Source: Octopus vulgaris
Taxonomy: Eukaryota
NCBI GenBank assembly: GCA_951406725.2
Contig: OX597820.1
Span: 61,008,001-61,072,000 of the forward strand
Direction of reading: 5' to 3'
DNA: 64,000 bases
The stretch's first letter is position 1, and every line of letters starts with the position of its first letter. The translations under genes and the position numbers were made by a program. The notes under the pieces are model-generated. The model was not told the origin of the DNA, searched no databases, and was given only the letters and a program-made list of their open reading frames with translations. Positions 54,050 through 64,000 of the stretch are shown in pieces.

Positions 54050-54807
54050 TTTACCGCTCAATGTTCACGGTACACTACGTTCAAGAAAAACAGGGGGTGG
54101 GGAAAGATCAAGAAGAATGACGCCCTTGTCAGCCTCCAAAACAATTATGATGAATTTCTGTTCTGATCACTGCCACATGTACTTCTTAGGCCTTGGGGAA
54201 GAGTCTGACACTATTCAATGGAATGAGCCTTCATTTTTGGATCATAAAAGATACGTCCATTCTTCAAACGCTTCCAGCAAATCAGAGCAGGTTTCCATCC
54301 TTTTTTCCTTCAAATCGATTGTCAGGGGCTTGGTTACCCACTTTGCACACACTTTCCAAAACTCAAAATCTTTCACCAATCTGCTGCATTGCATTTTGAC
54401 CGCGGCGCAGTTGTGCAGCAAGCCCTTGGATTGTGATCTTCTGTCCGCCTGAATCAGTTTCTCCACTCGCTGACGATTCGTGTCAGAGGTCGTAGTCAAT
54501 GTTCTTCCACTGGGTGGTTTGTTTTCAATGCTAGTTCTCTCTTCTTTAAACTTCTTCATCATATCAATAGTGTTTATCTCCGTAAAGAGCCTGTAGCTTT
54601 CTGTCGATGTTGGAGAGCCTGCATGAATTCAATGACTGAACGTTGCTGCTGCTCGGAACCCATTGCTTACCTGAAATGGAAAAGAACAGGAAGAAGATTT
54701 ACTAAAGTGGAAGAGTTATTCTGATAAAATATGCAATTCGAAAGACCTATGTCAGCTAATAAAAAGTTATGCCCTCTTTTGCATTACTTTCGGTAAAATC
54801 ATTACGT
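54050..54807 (-). pseudogene. mariner transposase relic
   Basis: KKFKEERTSIENKPPSGR...VEKLIQADRR...KVCAKWVTKPLT (mariner WVPxxL motif). Confidence 0.82.
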
Positions 54808-55940
54808 GTATGTATGTATGTATGTATGTATGTATGTATGTATGTATGTATGTATGTATGTATGTATGTATGTATGTATGTATGTACGTATCTGTATATT
54901 TATGTATGCATGTATGTACATATGTATGTGTGTGTATATATGTATATATACACACACACAGCGCGCGCGTATTTATATACAGGCAGAGTTAGGTATAAGA
55001 GAGACAGACAAACGAACAGACAGACAGATCCGTGCATACCATATTATGTTTAAGTATATACATATGTGTGTGCGTGTGTGTGTATGTGCGTATGTGTGTG
55101 TGTGTGTGTGTGTGTGTATCTGTGTACTCGCATGTTTACAGTTTTTGTACAAGCACAAACACACACGTGTGTTTTGTGCGTTTTTCTGTGTGTGCGAGTG
55201 TATATGCGTTGTGTATGTGTGTATGTGTGTGTCTGTGAGAGAGAGAGAGAGAGAGAAAGAGAGGAAGATTGAGAGTTTATGCACTTATACACATACTTGC
55301 AGAGATAGATAAAGCAAAAGTTTTCAAAACGAAGAATAGAAAGTGCAGAGGGAAAAAAACAAAAGAAAACAAAATCAAAGAAAGTTTGAGCTAGAGACAC
55401 ATTAACAATACCATGGATTCGTAAACAGACACTCGTACACAGTCATGAATATATAATGCGTATTCATAAAAAACGCTTTGTCACATAATCCAACGTTTAG
55501 TTTTATCTTTTGATCAGTTCGTTCAAATCTCACCCTGACTGGGATTAGTTGAGTAAACTGATCTAGATCGTGTTGCTACTGTTCATGTGAGTTGCCCAGC
55601 AACCGTAACTCTTCACTCCATCTTCAAAGACAGAAGTCTGAATTTAACCGATTAATTTGCTGCCAGGACATCTAATATGACAAGAGAAAGGTATACAGAC
55701 ATCTAACTCTGGACATTATTTGTTTCAAGTACATTGTCTCCGGCCGCTTCTATCAGTTCGATTTTTTTATTTTTCCTTTTTGTTTTATGAGTGTAACATC
55801 GGATTCAATCTACCTTAAGCAAATCTAAGTGCAGGTTGAACCGTACGAAAATAATTTGGTGTATTCATATCGGTAAGTTCAATATACAAACATAACAATT
55901 CACTATTAGGTAGCTGATACACATGTGGAACATTTATATA

Positions 55941-56302
55941 AGGCGTGGCTGTGTTGTGAGAAGCTTGCTTTCCAACCACCTGGTTCTGGGTTCAGTCCCA
56001 CTGCGTGGCACCTTGGGCATTAAAGCCTTGTGAGATGGAAACTGAAAGAAACCCTTCGTATATTTTTCTCTCTGTGTGCTCGTGTGTGAGTGCTTTTGTG
56101 TCTCTGTTTGTCACCCACCGTGCTTGACAATATGTATTGGTGTTTAAGTCGCCGTAACTTGGCGATTCGATAACAAAGATCGATATAATAAATACCAGAC
56201 TTTAAAAAAAAATTATGAACTGGGGTCGATTCATTCGACTAAAGAATTCTCGAGGCGGTGCCCCAGCATGGCCGCAGTCTGTTGGCTGAAACATGTAAAA
56301 GA
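55941..56302 (+). mobile_element. SINE A (older)
   Basis: Head and tail motifs. Confidence 0.85.
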
Positions 56303-57186
56303 TCAGAGGTATTTATGCGTATGTTTGTGTGTGTGTGTGTGTGTGTGCATACGTGTGCTTGTGTGTGTATGTGTGTATGTGTGTGTGAAAGAGAGAGAGA
56401 GAGAGAGAATGTGTGTGTGTGTGTGAAAGAGAGAGAGAGAGAGAGAATGTGTGTGTGTGTGTTTGGATTTCCTTATTTGTAACACTGGATTCAATCTATA
56501 TTAAACAAAATTAAGTGCAAATTGAGCTTTCTTAAAATATTTGAATTAAAATCATTGATAGCCTCAAAACCCACTGAGGCCTGTGCCCCTGTATCTAACT
56601 TTATGCTCCACCTGAGCTCCCGAGTAAAAAAATAAATTGTAACATATACAGCTCAAGAGTAACGACTGAAGGCAAACTAATGGACAGACCGGGCTGCATC
56701 TTCGTTTTCTACGTATGTTGTTCATTATCGCTTCACCGAGAATTCTGCAGAGATGACATTTAAGCTATTCCCGCCATAGCAGGAATGCGGTGTGACAAGG
56801 TTAGATGCAAATTCCCCTTCTTTTCCATAAATAACGAAACCGCAGACAATAAGTAGCATAAGTTTTAGGAGTTATTATTCAAAAGTGAATATGGTGAGAT
56901 AGTAAAAACAATTGAGCACTGCATTATATCCACGTCTTTATTTTCTGGGTTCAAATCCTACTTCGGTAACTTGTCCACGAGTCAAATACATTCAGAATTA
57001 TCCATTTGTTTCAAGCAGTTCAACTGATGTTCTTAACTGAACATCAATCAATAATTGGATAAATGTTCACTGGAAGAGGCTTCTTGTAACTATTACGCAT
57101 TTATTGTAAGGTGGTGAATGGCAGAGCAACAGATCATATGATTTGCGAGATTTCCATGCTTTGATATTGTATTGAAACTATATTTA

Positions 57187-57367
57187 CAAGGTTAACCAAA
57201 AGTCACCCAACAGTAAAACAAAATTCCATAAATACTATCTGTAATTCTGTATTGACTCGAATGAAAAAATGTGTCGCTCAAGGACTTCAGTTTGAACAAT
57301 TTTCATAATTTTTCATACATAGATGCTTTTATTAAATTTACTATCAGGTGACTTTTGGCCAGCCCTG
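57187..57367. mobile_element. Tc1/mariner MITE with TA TSD
   Basis: TIR caaggttaaccaaaagtcacccaacagtaaa / (rev) cagggctggccaaaagtcacctgatagtaaa. Confidence 0.8.
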
Positions 57368-57407
57368 TATTTTTGTAAACACAACCAATGTTAGTGGTTT
57401 GTCATAA

Positions 57408-57620
57408 AGCGGCGAGTTGGCAAAACCGTTAGTATATCACGCAAAATGCATAATAACATTTCTTCCGGCTCTTTACGTTCTGAGTTCAAAATCAACCGTG
57501 GTGGATTTTGCCTTTCATCGTTTCAGGGATCGATAAAATAGGTACCAGTTGAATACTGGTACGGGTCAATGTAATCGACTATCTTTCTCTCTTGTGGCCT
57601 TGTGTCAAAATCTGAAAACA
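57408..57620 (+). mobile_element. SINE B2 (older)
   Basis: Family match. Confidence 0.75.
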
Positions 57621-57671
57621 TTACATGTACAAACATGTGTATTGTGCATATCTATTGCTCATTGACACAAA

Positions 57672-58035
57672 CGTAGTTGTGTGGTAAAAAGTTTGCTTCC
57701 CAACGATACGGTTCCGAATTCAGTCTAATTGCGTTGCAGCTTGGGCAAGTGTCTTCTGCTATAGACCTGAGCCGACCAAAACCTTGCGTGTGGGTTTCGT
57801 TGACGGAAACTGAAAGAAGCTCGTCGATCATATATATGTGTGCGTAAGCTTGTGTCCCATCACCGCTTGGCAAACGGTATGGTTTGTTTACACACCTATA
57901 ATTTAGCGGTTCGACGAAGAGACCGATAGAATACGGACCAGGCGTTAAAAATGAGTACTGGGGTCGATTTGTTCGGCAAAAATTTCCAAAGGCGGTGCCA
58001 CAGCATGAATGCAATCTAATAACTGAAAAAAGTAA
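57672..58035 (+). mobile_element. SINE A (older)
   Basis: Family match. Confidence 0.8.
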
Positions 58036-58683
58036 GTGATACATCTAACCTTACTTATCACTGATCTTGATAACACGGTGCTCTCAACTGTGTTACATTT
58101 TTCAAGAATTGATTTGTCATAACACGGGCCAGCGATCAGACAAAGATTCTGCTTTGACCGCAAAAGCGTGCCTCAGCGACAACCACAATGCTCAGGGCAA
58201 CCCGAGGTCTCGGACGAAACCTATTTTCCCCATTTGGTAGAACAAACCAGAAATTTTGATAAACATTTCACCGTATATTCTCTCTTGTATTGATAAACGA
58301 TAATTACTCGATGATATTTTTGATGGATTATGAGATTTTCAGTTTAATATACTTTTAGTATTGTTTCTTATCAAAAGAGATCAATATTTTCTTACCTGTT
58401 AGTAATAATATTTTCTTTAGTTGACATACATCACCACAAGTATGTTAATATTTGATATTATTCAATAGATGGTACTTATCATTCACTGCGTCATTAATAT
58501 CCTTGATAAAATACTTGTTGACAGTAATGTGGTAGGTAGACTAAAACAGTTTATTGCCAGCCTAAAGGACTCTTGTTGATAAAAAGATGTAGATTATAAA
58601 ATATTTCAGTTTCGTGTGTTCAAAATCACGTCGCTCTCTCTTTCTCTCTCCTTCTCCCTCCCTCTCTCTCTTCCTCTCTCTCT

Positions 58684-58745
<62 letters not shown>

Positions 58746-58914
58746 TCATGTTAAGGAAACGTTATGCTCCGGAACAACCTTGCAGTAATGTGGATTTCTG
58801 TAACGCAGAACGCATTTCTTATTCACTTCCATGCAGTATAGAGGTCAATGAAGAATAGTTTTCTCATAACGGCACGATTTTCCTGAACGTAAGTCTTCTT
58901 TAGCACATAGGTAC

Positions 58915-59260
<346 letters not shown>

Positions 59261-60479
59261 TAAAAAAAAAAATGCTTACATTTTGTTGCAAACTAAATAT
59301 ATATAGCCACATTAAATTTAAACCAACATTCATATTTCTGACACTCTTCTTTCATCTGTCTATCATATACTGGGATCTCGAGTATTGTTTCGTATTTCAC
59401 TCGACATTATGCTTAACCTTATCCTGAATCTAATTCATCTCTTATATCCTCTATATGTACACTGTGCCAAATTCCTCCAATAACAATTCCAGTGTCTCGA
59501 AATCTATTCTATTTAACACCTTTAAATAATACACATTTCAATCGTATCTCTTCTGACCAAATTTATTAACATCATTTATTGTATCGACTTGGAACCAAAT
59601 GCAACAGGATCTTTTGTTATAGAAATATGTAGTTCAGTTCCTAAAATCATGACCTTCGCCACTCTAAACCCACTTATTATATAACTGCACCATCACTTCT
59701 AACTTCATAGAAACGATTATAAATTACCCACTTGAATTTAAGCTACTTTTATTCCCCGAAGCTGCTTCAGAAAGTACTAAAACCACTTGTCGAATGAAAT
59801 TTTAGTATGATACAAAGTTTTTCTCTCAAGACTAATTGCCAAGTTTCTCACCTATAAAACATGACTGCATTTATTCACCATTTGGAAATTAATTTTGTTT
59901 CTTAATATCATCAGAAATTGGACTTAGATAAAATTCAGAAAGTGTTACTATGTATCATTAATAACTTCTTAGCAATAAATTCAACGTTCACGATATGTAC
60001 TGAACCTATTGAAAGTTGGAACGCTAGTTTATATCTTTGTATGAATCGAACCGAACATTCTGAAGATAGTGACATTATTGCCAAATATGCCAAATAACAG
60101 TTTCTGATTCTGGAAGAAGACCAGCAATTTTGATGGGGGAGAGGATTAGTTTATACCCGCTCGACTCCTGTACATGAATGATACTTTATTTTATCGGCTG
60201 CGGAGCGATGTAACACGAAGCTGACCTTGGTGGAATTTGAACTCAGAATATAAGGAGACGAAACAAATGCCGCTAAGCAATTTTTCCGATGCTCAAAGGA
60301 CTCTACCAGCTCAGCACCCTAATTCTGCCAAATAATAGCCATTTTTATGACCTCTTCTTTGCTAAATATGATTTCCAAACCATCATTTATAACAAAAATT
60401 TCCTTTTAACATTCAAATATTAAATTTATGATTCCATACCCATTAAACTGGTGCACCATTAATTAACGGTACTCTACTA

Positions 60480-61340
60480 TATTAATCAACCATACCAGTC
60501 ATTGCTTTCCCAGTGTTTTGTAAGTTCCTTGTAATTCCACATAAATTTCCACTTTGGGTGTCCGACTTCCAATGTCGGTCAAATCTATCCAACTTAACCA
60601 TTTATTTTTTTTTCATTATCATACTCTGTTTCTCTTGCATTTTCTTCAAACCCATCTAGTTACTTTTTCATAAACACTTATTACTCATTCTCTGGACGTG
60701 GCCACACCAATTTCATTCAATGATTTTGTAAATATGATTGTCATTAGTACATTTTTTTTCTTTTCTGGATACATACATTTCATTATTTTATGGCTCTTCC
60801 GTGTTATTCCAACCATAACACATTCATGAACAGACTGAGCTTGTTTTTTTTTTCTTTTCTTTTCTTTTTTCTTGTCTGGTGCCATGTTTCTGTACCATAA
60901 GAAATTTTAGGGTTGATATAATTTGCTAATTGGCGTATTTTCCTTTACTTAGTTATTCTGTTATAAGTAAACCAAGGTAATGTAATTGATTAATGAAGTT
61001 GTTTTTTTTTTTGCAACTTGAATCTTAGGAACTTAATCTATCATTTCAAAGAGTATTTTTTCATGCTCATTCTTATTCCTACGCCTTTACTTTCTGCTTT
61101 CAGTTGTTCTTAAAAAGTTTGAAGTATTATGTCGTCTACGAATCGGTGAATGAAAAAGTTATCATTAATTTTAATTCCATTTTTGTTTTCATCCCAGTTC
61201 AGTTCCCAAAATACTTCTATGCCGGCTGTGAATAATTTGAAAGGAATAGGATCTCCTTGTCTTACACGCTTTTGGATTTAAAAATCAGTTTGAACTATTG
61301 TGTTGTATAATTAAAGATGCAGCATAATGGTAGCTATATT
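60480..61340 (-). pseudogene. RTE-clade LINE reverse transcriptase relic
   Basis: KRVRQGDPIPFKLFTAGIEVFWELNWDENKNGIKINDNFFIHRFVDDIIL; YGTETW; MVGITRK. Confidence 0.85.
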
Positions 61341-62931
61341 TTTATATATGACATCACTGCTTGTATCTCTGCCGAGTCGGACGCTCTATAGCGTTCAGAT
61401 AATTCTATAAAAAGTTCGATAATATTGAGAATGCGCTTACTAAAGAAATATTCGTTTCTTCCTGGAATATCTAGAATAATCAATTCTTTTATTGTGAAAA
61501 AATATAAAGTGACTATGATATAACTTTAAAAGTTTGAAGAAATTACCCTCATATCTTTCTTTTAACCATTCTCATTTAAAATGTGTTTATCTTAACCGAA
61601 ATTTTAAAAAGGAAAACATTTCTTTATGATTGTGATCAACATATAGCACAATATTACTAATGTAGCTCTAACTTCATCTAAGTTATAAACCACTTGCATC
61701 ACACTGCAAAAATAGATCAAGCTACAGAGAATTTTCGTATTGGAGAAGCTTTGCAAAAGACACGCTTAAGAAATAAAATAGCAAACTAGTGAAGATGGAG
61801 AACTTCTTGCAATGCGAGAAGGAAAAAGTTCAATAACCTTTATATATTTCTTGCACTAAGGACTTTTCTAAGCTTTTCTTTGAATAATGGCATAATCCGT
61901 ATATTTATTTCAGGAAAACGAAGTGGGAACTTGTAAGGTTTATCAGTTTACCAATACATTATCTGGGATCATATATTTCTCATTCTTTACTGATGATGAT
62001 CATGTAGGCCTGTAAAAATATTGATTAAATAAAATTATTTGCTTCCTATATTGGCTAAATTGCAGAAAAAAAACTTCGGGATATATTCAAATGTTTCAAA
62101 TGTTACCAAATCCTTTTAAGCATAAAATATTTTGGCACATTCCTTAAAAACAGGCACTCACCCAATTCAGTCCGCGATTAGTAGACGAAGCATAAACAAA
62201 TAGAAGTTTTTCTAACAATCTACTTGCAGTACGGTAGTTGTATAACTTGAAGTGATGGGAATTCCGCCAAGAACTCTTCCGAAAATCGTCCAGTCATTAA
62301 AACCCTGTCATTCAGTCGATCTCTGTCTACAGAGAATTGTTTCTTCAAATGCATTGTTGAAAAAGTAGGACATAAAACTAAGAAATATATTATTGGATAT
62401 GCGAAGAAAATGCATCGTTTCTTAGATTGTATTTTTCAACGCCAAATCTAGAAGGGAAAGACAAGAAATTTATCATGATTAATTAACACGGTTCCGCTTT
62501 AAATGATAAAACAAACGCTTAGTTTAAAGTGTTCTACATTTAGAGGGAACGTCGCTAACTGCCTACTTTGTAATAATCAACGACTTGAAACTATGTATTC
62601 AATTCGAAGTATTAAACAATTGCAGAATAATCACTAATGAAAGTGTCAGGCAATAAATAATGTCGGTTAGATCGATCACTCGTCAAGGAATTAAAAACTT
62701 CTACGGCCAGACTGGCAGAAATGTTTAAAACACATAGTATTTCTTCTGAAGAATTTAGTTCACAAGTAGATTATTTCTAAATAACTGTTTCAAATCTCAA
62801 ATGTTTCTTGTGTAGATTCATTTCATATTGAATAAAATAAAACATATCAATACAAATTTTGCTTTTAAGAAGTTTATCAAGAAAAATATATTCGATAATG
62901 TAATAAAATCGGCTCAGGTGATTTCATTTTT

Positions 62932-63197
62932 ATACTCTTTTACTTGTTTCAGTCATTTGACTGCGGCCATGCTGGAGCACCGCCTTTTTTCGACCAAATC
63001 GACCCCAGGACTTATTCTTTGTAAGCCTAGTACTTGTTCTATCGGTCTCTTTTACCGAACCGCTAAGTTACGCGGACGTAAACACACCAGCATCAGTTGT
63101 CAAGCGATGTTGGCGCGACAAACACAGACACAAACACACATATATATACATATACATATATACGACGGGCTTCTTTCAGTTTCCGTCTACCAAATCC
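62932..63197 (-). mobile_element. SINE A 3' portion
   Basis: Family match. Confidence 0.88.
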
Positions 63198-63439
63198 CCT
63201 GTTGCTATATTATTGCATGACTAGGTTTTGTGGAGGATAATTATGTGGACAAACTCGGTTCATTTGCTTCGGTTGGTAACGAGTCTTGGAGAACACTTGG
63301 ATGTAATATCCTTTCTACTGTAGGTACAAAGTTTGAAAAATAATTGTTTTATCAGTTTCTTTTATTATTATTTAAATGTATTAATGTTCTAAGAAAATGT
63401 AATTAGAACCAAGTGTTTGAAATCAAGTCAGGGAATAAT

Positions 63440-64000
63440 TATACTGAACTTTTTGGAGAGGAGTTAGTCGATTACATCGACCTCAGTGTAGTGTGCTACG
63501 AGTACTTATTTTATCGACACCGAAAGGATGAAAGGTAAAGTCAACCTGAATGGAACTTGAGCTCAGAATGTAAAAACGGACTAAATGCCGCTAACTAATT
63601 TTGTCCGGCGTACTAATGTTTCTTATTTCTTTATTGCCCACAAGGGGCTAAACATAGAAGGGACAAACAAAGACAGACAAAGAGACTAAGTCGATTACAT
63701 CGACCACAGTGCGTAACTGGAACATAATTTATCGACCCCGAAAGGATGAAAGGCAAAGTAGACCTCGGTGGAATTTGAACTCAAAACGTAACGCAGACGA
63801 AATACCGCTAAGTATTTCGCCCGGCGTGCTAACGTTTCTGCCAGCTCGCCGCTTTGTACTAGAATCTAATATCCTTTCTACTATAGGCACAAGGCCTGAA
63901 ATTTAAGGGGAGGGGACTAGTGATTCACTGGAACTTAATTTATCGACCCCGAAAGGCTGAAAGGCAAAGTCGACCTCGGTGGAATTTGAACTCAGAAAGT
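63440..64000 (-). mobile_element. SINE B cluster (B1 joined into an older B2 head, plus another B2 running off the window)
   Basis: Family matches; junction at about 63624. Confidence 0.85.

Overview
AT-rich, microsatellite-saturated eukaryotic DNA with no recognisable host gene exon, rRNA, intact tRNA or CRISPR. Almost all track ORFs are translations of microsatellites. The repeat repertoire suggests an octopus (coleoid cephalopod) intron or gene desert; this is an inference. The window is mostly decayed transposons: three or four tRNA-derived SINE families (called A, B, C, D here), LINE relics (CR1/L2-like, RTE, R4/Dong-like with a restriction-like endonuclease, Penelope-like), DNA transposon relics (pogo/Tigger, mariner, maT DD37D), MITEs and a Helentron-type HINE. 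The strongest signal is a set of distinct small non-coding elements carrying minimal type-I hammerhead ribozyme motifs, some with non-canonical cores (CCGACGA, CUGUCGAA). They occur as ~340-350 bp partial tandems or a perfect fold-back, with 3' ends mostly docked in (TA)n tracts, next to a Penelope-like RT relic, which suggests a Penelope/retrozyme-like system. Also notable: an RLE retrotransposon that appears to target (TACA)n, a SINE/LINE pair sharing a covarying 3' stem-loop, and a SINE that repeatedly inserts into its own relatives. All motif calls were made by eye and most boundaries are approximate.
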